A stretch of 64,000 nucleotides of DNA from an uncultured Pelagibacteraceae bacterium (GCA_902525575.1 CABZHU010000001.1:117109-181108), one strand, 5' to 3'; positions 30,424-40,321 are shown, numbered from the stretch's first letter. The notes: generated by a model not told the origin, from the sequence alone. Program-made: numbers and translations.

Positions 30424-30846
30424 ATGAATTTGAATGCAATTGATACTGATGAATTAAAAATTATTGGGACAATATTGCAGGATGGACTTATTGAAGTAAG
30501 TGATATTAAATACTTACCTTCAATAAGATCTTTTTTTCTAATGATCACACGATTTATGTGGGAAGAAAAAATCGTAAATAAAGTCAATCAGCGTATTAAG
30601 GCTGTTCTTTGCTTTGAAGATGTCATATCAGTTTACTCAAAAAATATCGATCAATTGAATAAATCAAAGAAATTAGAACTTTTAACTTTTAACTATTATC
30701 CTAATAAGTCAAAAAATATCGAAATTGAATTGCTTTTCAAAAATGATGCAATTATAAAACTCGAAACTGAAATTATTCGGTGCAAATTAGATGATCAAGG
30801 AAACCCTTGGGGTACAGAAGAAAAAGTAAATGAGCAAAATAATTAA
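30424..30846 (+). CDS. Conserved hypothetical protein (DUF2948-like by position and size)
   Basis: 140-aa ORF between murA and hisD, which is where I recall DUF2948 genes sit in alphaproteobacteria. The family assignment has not been verified. Confidence 0.6.
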   Translation: MNLNAIDTDELKIIGTILQDGLIEVSDIKYLPSIRSFFLMITRFMWEEKIVNKVNQRIKAVLCFEDVISVYSKNIDQLNKSKKLELLTFNYYPNKSKNIEIELLFKNDAIIKLETEIIRCKLDDQGNPWGTEEKVNEQNN

Positions 30847-32125
30847 TACAAGCAATTCAGGCTTTTCACAGGAATTTGAAAATTTAGTAAATACTAATAG
30901 GTCAGATGACGAAGATGTTAAAGATGTTGTAGCTAATATAATTAATGATGTAAAAATCAAAGGTGATGGTGCTTTAATAAAGTATACCAATCAACTTGAT
31001 CGCAATGAACTTTCAAAATCAAACTTCATTTTAGATGAAACTGCAATCAACAACCAGACAGATGAATTACCTGAACAGATATGCAAGGCTATTCAAATAG
31101 CAGCTGATCGAGTTAGGGTATACCATGAAAAACAATTACCACAGGATCTAAGTTTTAATGACGATCTAAAATCTACTCTTGGATATATGTGGAGACCTTT
31201 GGAAACAGCAGGGATTTATGTACCAGGTGGAACAGCAAGCTACCCTAGTACAGTTCTTATGAACGCAATACCAGCTATGGTTGCAGGCGTAAAAGAAATA
31301 GTAATGGCTACGCCATTAACTGACGGACAGATTAATCCATCAGTTTTATATGCCGCAAAAATTGTTGGCATTAAAAAAATATATTGCATGGGTGGCTCTC
31401 AGGCAGTCGCCGCAATGGCACATGGCACTGAAAGCGTGGCACCTGTAAATAAAATTGTTGGACCTGGTAATATTTACGTCGCTGAAGCAAAACGGCAAGT
31501 TTCAGGACTTGTTGGGATTGACATGTTTGCGGGACCTTCAGAAATAGTTGTAATTTCTGACCAGAATAGTGATCCAAAAATTATTTCTGCTGATCTCATA
31601 GCCCAATCTGAGCATGATAAAAGTGCCCAAAGCATTCTAATTACTACTGATCAAGCATTAGCTGAAGCAGTTGAAAAAGAAATACCTCGTCAATTAGAGT
31701 CTCTTCCGCGAAAAGAGATTGCGTCAGCAAGCTGGGATAAAAATGGTAAAATCATTGTTGTACGTGACCTCAAAGAGGCTTTTGATATTTCAAATCAATT
31801 AGCTCCTGAACACCTCGAGCTTGCTATTGATAATGCAAGAGAACTTCTTAAATATATTGTTAATGCAGGTGCAGTATTCCTCGGTAGGAATACACCCGAA
31901 GCATTAGGTGACTATGTTGCTGGTCCGAGTCATGTATTGCCTACATCAAGGAGCGCAAAATTTTCATCAGGACTATCTGTATTTGACTTTCTAAAGAAAA
32001 TATCGCTAGTTGAGTTTACAAAAGAAGGTATTGAAGAAATTGGAAATAGTGCTATGACAATCGCTGATAATGAAGGTCTTGATGGACATTCTAGGTCAAT
32101 AGAATATAGGCTTACAAAAAAATAA
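30830..32125 (+). CDS. hisD: Histidinol dehydrogenase
   Basis: QSEHD motif, 431 aa, typical HisD sequence throughout. Confidence 0.95.
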   Translation: MSKIINTSNSGFSQEFENLVNTNRSDDEDVKDVVANIINDVKIKGDGALIKYTNQLDRNELSKSNFILDETAINNQTDELPEQICKAIQIAADRVRVYHEKQLPQDLSFNDDLKSTLGYMWRPLETAGIYVPGGTASYPSTVLMNAIPAMVAGVKEIVMATPLTDGQINPSVLYAAKIVGIKKIYCMGGSQAVAAMAHGTESVAPVNKIVGPGNIYVAEAKRQVSGLVGIDMFAGPSEIVVISDQNSDPKIISADLIAQSEHDKSAQSILITTDQALAEAVEKEIPRQLESLPRKEIASASWDKNGKIIVVRDLKEAFDISNQLAPEHLELAIDNARELLKYIVNAGAVFLGRNTPEALGDYVAGPSHVLPTSRSAKFSSGLSVFDFLKKISLVEFTKEGIEEIGNSAMTIADNEGLDGHSRSIEYRLTKK

Positions 32126-32128
32126 TAT

Positions 32129-32347
32129 ATGTCAAAAGAAGAGATTTTAGAATTTAAGGGTAAAGTTACCGATATACTTCCAAATGCAATGTTTAAAGTT
32201 GCACTAGAAAATGGCCATGAAGTTCTGGCACATACAGCTGGTAGAATGAGAAAAAATAGAATTAGAGTCTTAGCAGGTGACGAAGTTCTTGTTCAGATCA
32301 CACCTTATGACCTTACTAAAGGTAGAATAATATTTAGATATAAATAA
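32129..32347 (+). CDS. infA: Translation initiation factor IF-1
   Basis: 72 aa, with [13 protein letters not shown]...[14 protein letters not shown]. Confidence 0.97.
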   Translation: MSKEEILEFKGKVTDILPNAMFKVALENGHEVLAHTAGRMRKNRIRVLAGDEVLVQITPYDLTKGRIIFRYK

Positions 32348-32360
32348 CTAAGAGAATATA

Positions 32361-32933
32361 TTGAAATTTATTTTAGGCAGCTCATCTCCTAGAAGATTAG
32401 AATTGCTATCAATTCTTGGGATCAAACCCGATGAAATAATCGCACCAAATATTGATGAGACAATTAACAAAAAGGAATTGCCCTTAGATTACTGTAAACG
32501 AATTGCTGCTCAAAAGATGAAGCACTTTGATGGGAAGCATGAAAATACTGTTATTCTTACGGCAGATACTATTGCCTATAGTGGAAGAAGAATAATTGAT
32601 AAGACAAATGATGAAGTTATTGCTAGGAAAAATCTCAATAAATTATCTGGTCGAAGACATCGCGTTTCAACCATATTGTGCCTACGAGATAGTAAGAATA
32701 AAGTTATTAGTAGGAGTGTCACAACTACAGTGAATTTTAAACTGCTTAACAAAAAAGATATTGATAACTACATCAAAACAAATGAATGGAAAAATGTTGC
32801 AGGATCATACAAAATTCAAGGCTTTGCTGAAGTATTTATCAAGTCAATAAACGGCTCGTATTCAAATGTAGTTGGACTACCATTGTTTCAAACTAATAAC
32901 TTATTGGGTACTGTTGGTTTAATTAAATCATGA
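32361..32933 (+). CDS. maf: Maf-like nucleoside triphosphate pyrophosphatase
   Basis: LGSSSPRRLELL N-terminus, 190 aa, TTG start. Confidence 0.88.
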   Translation: MKFILGSSSPRRLELLSILGIKPDEIIAPNIDETINKKELPLDYCKRIAAQKMKHFDGKHENTVILTADTIAYSGRRIIDKTNDEVIARKNLNKLSGRRHRVSTILCLRDSKNKVISRSVTTTVNFKLLNKKDIDNYIKTNEWKNVAGSYKIQGFAEVFIKSINGSYSNVVGLPLFQTNNLLGTVGLIKS

Positions 32934-33286
32934 GAGAGTTAATTTTTATTTACAATGCAAAAAGTGGCCTTTTCAATGCCCTCATAGATTGGGGTCATAA
33001 AATAATTTCACCAAGTACGTATGAATGTCATTTGTGCTCTATTACATATAACAATCTAGGTAAGGAAAAGATTTGGGGTAATTATCTAAAGTCGCTAAAA
33101 ATAAAAAGTAAATTTTATTACATTGACCATCTTGCAGACTTAAAGTTTGTACCTAAGCAAATCAACTTACCATGCGTTTATATTAAAAATGACGATAATT
33201 ATCATCTTATGATTGATGCTGATGAATTAAATTCATTAAAAAGTGTGCAGGATTTGATAAGCAGACTAAATGAAAAGCTTAATTAA
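32930..33286 (+). CDS. Conserved hypothetical protein with a YxCxLC motif
   Basis: 118 aa, 4-nt overlap with maf, with IFIYNAKSGLFNALIDWGHKIISPSTYECHLCSITY. I believe similar N-termini occur in uncharacterised proteins elsewhere, but I cannot name the family. Confidence 0.55.
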   Translation: MRELIFIYNAKSGLFNALIDWGHKIISPSTYECHLCSITYNNLGKEKIWGNYLKSLKIKSKFYYIDHLADLKFVPKQINLPCVYIKNDDNYHLMIDADELNSLKSVQDLISRLNEKLN

Positions 33287-33290
33287 TTAG

Positions 33291-33328
33291 CTATAAGAAT
33301 ATTTTCTTTGCACGAATACTTCTTATAG
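33291..33328 (+). terminator. Imperfect hairpin after the maf operon, upstream of the tRNA pair
   Basis: CTATAAGAATATT (33291-33303) pairs with AATACTTCTTATAG (33315-33328), with one bulged G. No clear T-run follows. Confidence 0.3.
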
Positions 33329-33355
33329 AATAAAAGACTTACATTACTAACGTGA

Positions 33356-33431
33356 GGCTCGATAGCTCAGTTGGTAGAGCAAAGGACTGAAAATCCTTGT
33401 GTCGGTGGTTCAAATCCACCTCGAGCCACCA
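33356..33431 (+). tRNA. tRNA-Phe (anticodon GAA), CCA encoded
   Basis: GGCTCGA TA GCTC AGTTGGTA GAGC A AAGGA CTGAAAA TCCTT GTGTC GGTGG TTCAAAT CCACC TCGAGCC ACCA, a canonical cloverleaf. Confidence 0.95.
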
Positions 33432-33436
33432 CTTAT

Positions 33437-33513
33437 GCAGCTGTAGCTCAGTTGGTTAGAGCGCCTGGTTGTGGACCAGGAGGTCGGTAGTTCAAGTCTA
33501 CCCAGCTGTACCA
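33437..33513 (+). tRNA. tRNA-His (anticodon GUG), CCA encoded, no encoded G-1, G1.U72 and A73
   Basis: GCAGCTG TA GCTC AGTTGGTTA GAGC G CCTGG TTGTGGA CCAGG AGGTC GGTAG TTCAAGT CTACC CAGCTGT ACCA. The base at -1 (33436) is T. Confidence 0.93.
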
Positions 33514-34697
33514 ACTAATGATTTTTTTACGGGAAGAGTTAGTACGATCAAAAAGAGCAAGATCATTACAAATCCAAAAAGTAAATAAAGAAATCCAAAC
33601 TCACCACTTATTTCATAACTTCTAGAAATTAAGATCAGGGCTATTGGCCCCACAGAGAATGAAACAATGAATTTTATACCATAAACAAGACTTTGATATT
33701 TTTCTGGTGAGAACTTAGCCAGTAATAAGTTTTCTGCTGGAAGTATACTTGAATTAAAAGCAACAATCATGAGACTGATAACAATTAACCAATAATTTGA
33801 AAGACTAACAATGAATAAAAGAAGAGTACCTTGCCCGATGATGCCAATAGCATAAATTACTTTCTCAGAATATTTATCTGTTAAAATACCGCCTATGTAG
33901 TTCATTAAACCGCTTACAATATAAATGGCGGCTACAATATATCCAATCTCAGACGTTGAGAGGTTTAGGCTGTTTGACAGTCTGATATCAATTGCTTTAG
34001 GCAAACTTGTTTGAAGAATTTGATATACAAAACTCAAACATGTAATACTTACAAGCATTATAATCGCAATTTTTAGCATTTGATTTTTTTCTGGATTATC
34101 TCGAAATTGTTCTGATTTAATATTAGTCAATGAAATTTTTCCTGATTTCAAATGATATGAGAGACATAAGCCTGTTAGTATAGAAATTATTCCAGGGAAT
34201 ATAAACGCAGCTTGCCAATTAATCTGATCAATTAAAATACCGGCAAAAAAAGCTCCCAATCCAATTCCTACGCCTCCAAATATATTATTGAAACCAAGTG
34301 CACGACCTGTTTCCTTTGATGTATTAACTATCCATGATATTCCAGCAGGGTGATATATCGAGCAAAATAAGCCAAGCAAGGATAAACTAATAAAAAGAGA
34401 TAATTTGTTTCCACTCAGACCACAAAGAAGCGAACTAATACCTAGACCTAAAAACATTACTGCAATCATTCCTGAACGGCTCCATCGATCACTAATCCAT
34501 CCAGCTGGTAAAGATCCTATGCCAACAAGAAGAGACCCAAGAAACCATAGATTTAAAAGCTCGTCATATGAAAATTTCCACTCATCTTCAATCGCAAGAA
34601 CAATTACAAAGTAAAATGCAGCAAACATGTGCATCAATAGATGGCCAAGCGCAGCATAAATAACAGTTAATTTTCTACTGTTTTCAATGATAATCAT
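33498..34697 (-). CDS. MFS transporter
   Basis: 399 aa with ~12 hydrophobic segments and a DRWSR-type loop motif. The last 16 nt overlap the 3' end of tRNA-His on the opposite strand. Confidence 0.85.
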   Translation of the reverse strand: MIIIENSRKLTVIYAALGHLLMHMFAAFYFVIVLAIEDEWKFSYDELLNLWFLGSLLVGIGSLPAGWISDRWSRSGMIAVMFLGLGISSLLCGLSGNKLSLFISLSLLGLFCSIYHPAGISWIVNTSKETGRALGFNNIFGGVGIGLGAFFAGILIDQINWQAAFIFPGIISILTGLCLSYHLKSGKISLTNIKSEQFRDNPEKNQMLKIAIIMLVSITCLSFVYQILQTSLPKAIDIRLSNSLNLSTSEIGYIVAAIYIVSGLMNYIGGILTDKYSEKVIYAIGIIGQGTLLLFIVSLSNYWLIVISLMIVAFNSSILPAENLLLAKFSPEKYQSLVYGIKFIVSFSVGPIALILISRSYEISGEFGFLYLLFGFVMILLFLIVLTLPVKKSLVGTAG

Positions 34698-34785
34698 TTA
34701 ATAAAAATAGAGTATTTCGGCTTCACTTAATAATAAAAATTATAAAAATTTGACTTTTTTGAATAAATAAGGCATTTCACTGTTC

Positions 34786-34821
34786 ATGATTGTTTTTACA
34801 CATCATCATATTCATATCTAA
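34786..34821 (+). promoter_or_regulatory. Candidate histidine leader peptide ORF (MIVFTHHHIHI) upstream of hisS-hisZ-hisG
   Basis: ATG ATT GTT TTT ACA CAT CAT CAT ATT CAT ATC TAA. A 9-bp hairpin (34822-34830 with 34841-34849) starts 1 nt after the stop. Confidence 0.5.
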
Positions 34822-34911
34822 GTTTGCTGAACAAAAAGCGTCAGCGAACAACAACCCCTTTTTATATTAAATAAACTAACTTTGTAGTATCGTGCTAACG
34901 ATTGGAATCGT

Positions 34912-36303
34912 ATGACTAAGAATAACAATAAACCCAAGGCCATTTTACCTAGAGGGTTTAAAGACAATGAGAAACAACTCTTGACTCTCAGAAAAATAGT
35001 TACTGAGGTAATAGAGGAAGAGTGTCAAAAATTTGGATTTGTAGAATTAGAAACCTCATCCATTGAATACACTGATAGTCTGGGCAAGTTTTTGCCTGAT
35101 ATAGATCGACCAAGTGGAGGTGTTTTTTCGTTACAAGATGAAGATGGTCAATGGCTATCATTACGATATGACCTTACAGCTCCTTTAGCACGATATGTTG
35201 CACAGAATTATCAAAATTTAGTAAAGCCATTTAAAAGATATCAATCAGGAATAGTATGGAGAAATGAAAAGCCAGGGCCAGGAAGATTCAGAGAATTCTT
35301 GCAATTTGATGCAGATGTTATCGGAATTCAGTCAAATCTAATCGATGCTGAATTATGCGTTATGGTTGTAAATATTTTGAGAAGGCTGGGTTTAAATGAT
35401 TCTAAATTTAAAATTAAATATTCAAATAGAAAAATTTGGACAAGTCTTTTTGAGAAAATAAATGCTTCGAAAGAAGTTGAGTCAAAAATTCTTAGAGCAG
35501 TAGATAAAAAAGATCGTCTAGGTGATGAAGGTGTCAAAGAGTTATTATGTGAGGGTAGAAAAGATAAGTCTGGTGATTTTATGGAAGGCGTAGGTCTTGA
35601 TAATGAACAAGCATCAATGATTTTAGACTTTATGAACGACCAGAAGCAAACGAGTGATGATATTGATGAGTTTAACTCTTATCTAGGGAATTTTGCAGAT
35701 TATCCAATTTCATTTGATCCATCCATTGTAAGAGGATTGGATTACTATACAGGCATGATTTTTGAAGCTGAACTATTAATCGATGTAAAAAATACAAAAG
35801 GTGAAACTATAGTTTTTGGATCAGTGGCTGGAGGAGGAAGATATGACAAACTGATATCAAGATTTGGGAAAGAGGACGTTCCCGCTACTGGTATTTCTGT
35901 TGGTGTTGACAGGCTTATTGTCGCTCTAGAGCAGTTGGATCTCATTAAAGCCAATTCGAGACCTTTAGTAATTGTAGCAAATCTAGGAGACAATAATTTA
36001 TCCGAGTATATTCGAATGGCATCTGAAATTAGAGATGCAGGCATGGCCTGCGAGATTTCTTTTGGCTCAAAAAACTTAGCTAAGCAACTAAAATATTGCG
36101 ACCGCAAGCAAGCTGATGCAGTTGTAATTGCAGGTGATGATGAAATTAAAAACAATAAAATATCACTTAAAGATTTAAAAAAGGGAAGTGAAATTTCAAA
36201 AAATATAACTGGACGTAAAGAATGGAAAGAAACTAAAGCAGGTCAAAAAGAAGTAATTAGGGAGGATTTAGTAAGCACTCTAAAGGAAATACTAAAAATC
36301 TGA
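34912..36303 (+). CDS. hisS: Histidyl-tRNA synthetase
   Basis: Class II motifs (RYDLTAPLAR; WRNEKPGPGRFREFLQFDADV; GGGRYD). 463 aa, with an internal GRKDKSGDF-containing insertion that I associate with alphaproteobacterial HisRS. Confidence 0.95.
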   Translation: MTKNNNKPKAILPRGFKDNEKQLLTLRKIVTEVIEEECQKFGFVELETSSIEYTDSLGKFLPDIDRPSGGVFSLQDEDGQWLSLRYDLTAPLARYVAQNYQNLVKPFKRYQSGIVWRNEKPGPGRFREFLQFDADVIGIQSNLIDAELCVMVVNILRRLGLNDSKFKIKYSNRKIWTSLFEKINASKEVESKILRAVDKKDRLGDEGVKELLCEGRKDKSGDFMEGVGLDNEQASMILDFMNDQKQTSDDIDEFNSYLGNFADYPISFDPSIVRGLDYYTGMIFEAELLIDVKNTKGETIVFGSVAGGGRYDKLISRFGKEDVPATGISVGVDRLIVALEQLDLIKANSRPLVIVANLGDNNLSEYIRMASEIRDAGMACEISFGSKNLAKQLKYCDRKQADAVVIAGDDEIKNNKISLKDLKKGSEISKNITGRKEWKETKAGQKEVIREDLVSTLKEILKI

Positions 36304-36306
36304 TTT

Positions 36307-37434
36307 ATGTCACTACAGGAATTAAATATTAGATTAAAAGATTATTTTATTGATTTAGGATTTCAATATGTAGAGCTTCCTTTAGTTCATGACTCTGACA
36401 TTTTTTATGAAACATCGGGAGAAGAAATCAGAAGTCAGATGTATTCTTTTATAGATGGTTCAGGCAAGGAAAAATGTCTGAGACCAGATATGACGATCCC
36501 TACGTGTCAAAGTTTTATTAAAAGTAATGATAAAAAAAATGAAGCTAATTTATGCTATACTGGACCAGTATTTAGGTCAATCAATGGAATAAATGATGCA
36601 TCAATTGAATTAAACCAATCAGGGGTTGAAATTATTTTTACAGAAAAAAAGCTAAAAACTATTTATGAAAAAGATATTTATACGCTTAAAACGGCAGTCA
36701 AAATTCTAGAAAAATTAAATATTAACGAGTACCAAATTAAAATAGGCAGTCTAAACCTCTTTAATAGTTTTATAAGTTATTTAGATTTACCGATCAGGTG
36801 GAAACAAAGAATTGTCAGGCATTTTTTTAGAAGAGCATATTTTGATAGTTTGTTAAATCGATTAGGGCAAGGTGTCGGTTATGACGAATTGAAAAAAGAT
36901 GAAATTATCAATGAAAGACTAGGTTTGGACGCTAATTCAAGTGCAAACTTGGTTGATCTAATTAAGTCCAATAGCAATTCTGGTTCAGGCTCAAGGACAG
37001 TTGAAGAAATCGTCAGCCGATTTCAGGAGAAAAGTGAAAATATTGTCTCTGAGAGCAATGGAAAACAAATGGTAAATCTGATTAAGAGTTTTCTAGGTTT
37101 GAACGCTTCTCTTGATACTTTTCCGAATATTTTAAGAGAGTTTGTAAGTGATCAAAAGCTTGATTTTTTTAAAAAAGAGATTGATGGCATGGAAGAATTC
37201 AAGAACGCTGTTTCATCTGAAATGGACATATCTAAATTTAATTTTAACAATGACTTTGGACATTCAATTGAATTTTATGATGGCGTCATGTTCGAAATCT
37301 ATGATCGATCAGGCAATATCAAGTTAATAACTGGTGGAAGATACGATAAGTTACTTAATATTTTAGGGTCCAGAAACAAACTGTCAGCTATAGGGTTTGC
37401 AACAAATAATAATAACTTAAGTAAAATTTTATAA
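36307..37434 (+). CDS. hisZ: ATP phosphoribosyltransferase regulatory subunit HisZ (HisRS paralogue)
   Basis: HisRS-like catalytic core (CLRPDMT..., GGRYD) with no anticodon-binding domain, located between hisS and a short-form hisG. Confidence 0.85.
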   Translation: MSLQELNIRLKDYFIDLGFQYVELPLVHDSDIFYETSGEEIRSQMYSFIDGSGKEKCLRPDMTIPTCQSFIKSNDKKNEANLCYTGPVFRSINGINDASIELNQSGVEIIFTEKKLKTIYEKDIYTLKTAVKILEKLNINEYQIKIGSLNLFNSFISYLDLPIRWKQRIVRHFFRRAYFDSLLNRLGQGVGYDELKKDEIINERLGLDANSSANLVDLIKSNSNSGSGSRTVEEIVSRFQEKSENIVSESNGKQMVNLIKSFLGLNASLDTFPNILREFVSDQKLDFFKKEIDGMEEFKNAVSSEMDISKFNFNNDFGHSIEFYDGVMFEIYDRSGNIKLITGGRYDKLLNILGSRNKLSAIGFATNNNNLSKIL

Positions 37435-37436
37435 TC

Positions 37437-38138
37437 ATGAAATTCGAAAATAAATTAAGAATAGGACTACCCAGTAAAGGCAGGTTAAGAAAAGACATGG
37501 AGAAACTTTTTCTAGATAAAAATATTACTTTTGATAATCTTGTAAATGATAGAGATTATATTGGTGCAATAAAAGGACTAAAAGATACAGTTCTATATTT
37601 TTTAAGCGCTAAGGAAATTACCAATAGACTTGATGAGGGATCAATCCATGTAGGCTTAACCGGTGATGATCTGATACAAGAAAAAATTTTCAATTTTAAT
37701 TCAAAAATAACAAAGGATCTGGAGTTAGATTTTGGAAAAGCGGATTTGGTTGTTGCTGTACCAGATATCTGGATCGATGTAATGACGATGGCTGATTTGG
37801 AAGAAGTGAGCAATAATCACAGAGATAAATATTCAAAAAGGTTACGTGTAGCAACTAAATATAAGAACTTAACAAATAATTTCTTTTCTAAATGTGGAGT
37901 TGTTGATTATAGAACTGTTGAAAGTGACGGCTCTACTGAAAGCGCGCCTTTTAATGGTTTTTCTGAAATCATCACTGATATATCATCAACAGGTGAAACA
38001 CTAAGGGCTAACAATTTAAGAGTTCTTGATGATGGCATCATCTTGAAATCGTCAGCAAATTTCTTTTCCTCAAAAGTTGCGGAGTGGGATAAAGAAATAG
38101 AAAATAATTATAAAAATTTTATCAATAAGTTTGAATAA
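37437..38138 (+). CDS. hisG: ATP phosphoribosyltransferase, short form
   Basis: 233 aa with LRIGLPSKGRL and DISSTGETLRAN motifs. Confidence 0.92.
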   Translation: MKFENKLRIGLPSKGRLRKDMEKLFLDKNITFDNLVNDRDYIGAIKGLKDTVLYFLSAKEITNRLDEGSIHVGLTGDDLIQEKIFNFNSKITKDLELDFGKADLVVAVPDIWIDVMTMADLEEVSNNHRDKYSKRLRVATKYKNLTNNFFSKCGVVDYRTVESDGSTESAPFNGFSEIITDISSTGETLRANNLRVLDDGIILKSSANFFSSKVAEWDKEIENNYKNFINKFE

Positions 38139-38166
38139 AAAAAACCCGGCGAGGCCGGGTTTTTTT
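38137..38166. terminator. Bidirectional intrinsic terminator shared by hisG (+) and groEL (-)
   Basis: A8 CCCGGC GAG GCCGGG T7. This is the only GC-rich hairpin I saw in the window, and it is flanked by an A-run and a T-run. Confidence 0.85.
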
Positions 38167-38187
38167 AGAGTTTATCGTTAATGATTA

Positions 38188-39840
<1,653 letters not shown>

Positions 39841-39861
39841 TTATTCTCCTTGATTTAAGAT

Positions 39862-40182
39862 TTATTTTTTCTTTTTTGATTTTGATTTTGATTTCTTTTC
39901 AATTACACCCATGATGTCAGATTCTTTCATGATGCATAGCTCTTCCCCATCAACTTTGACCTCGGTGCCAGACCATTTTCCAAACAAGACAATATCTCCA
40001 GCTTTTAAATCTAATGGTGTAACTTTTCCATCTTCAGATTTTGTTCCTGACCCTACAGCAACAATTTGTCCTTCTTGAGGTTTTTCTTGAGCTGTATCAG
40101 GAATAATGATCCCTCCAGCAGTTTTTTCTTCGGTGTCTAATCTCCTTACGAGAACACGATCATGTAAAGGTCGAAAATCCAT
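39862..40182 (-). CDS. groES: Co-chaperonin GroES with a Lys/Ser-rich C-terminal tail
   Basis: [11 protein letters not shown]...GGIIIPD.... 106 aa, ending in [11 protein letters not shown]. Confidence 0.97.
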   Translation of the reverse strand: MDFRPLHDRVLVRRLDTEEKTAGGIIIPDTAQEKPQEGQIVAVGSGTKSEDGKVTPLDLKAGDIVLFGKWSGTEVKVDGEELCIMKESDIMGVIEKKSKSKSKKKK

Positions 40183-40228
40183 TTTTTAATCTCCTAAATA
40201 TTTAATATCTATTGCTTAATTACCTAGG

Positions 40229-40257
40229 CATATAGTGATCCCGTGCGTATGTGTCAA
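40229..40257 (-). promoter_or_regulatory. Candidate groESL promoter (TTGACA-N17-TATATG)
   Basis: The minus strand reads CTCTTGACA catacgcacgggatcac TATATG about 45 nt upstream of the groES ATG. A strong AGGAG Shine-Dalgarno lies 8 nt before the ATG. No CIRCE-like inverted repeat is visible. Confidence 0.5.
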
Positions 40258-40321
40258 GAGGGTCCTCAAAAACGAATAATTATAAAAGATGATAAAAAAT
40301 GCTTATTTTACAACATTTTTA

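Noticed and set aside
34850-34863. Expectation of a classical rho-independent terminator after the His leader.
   Set aside because: The T5 run is separated from the only good stem by 9 unpaired nucleotides (AACAACCCC), and no G-rich partner exists for the C4 tract. The leader is therefore reported without claiming a canonical attenuator terminator.
40183-40321. A search for a CIRCE element (TTAGCACTC-N9-GAGTGCTAA) or a clear alphaproteobacterial sigma-32 promoter upstream of groES.
   Set aside because: No CIRCE-like inverted repeat is present. The CTTG...CTATAT arrangement has non-consensus spacing for the sigma-32 model I recall, so only a generic TTGACA-N17-TATATG promoter is reported.
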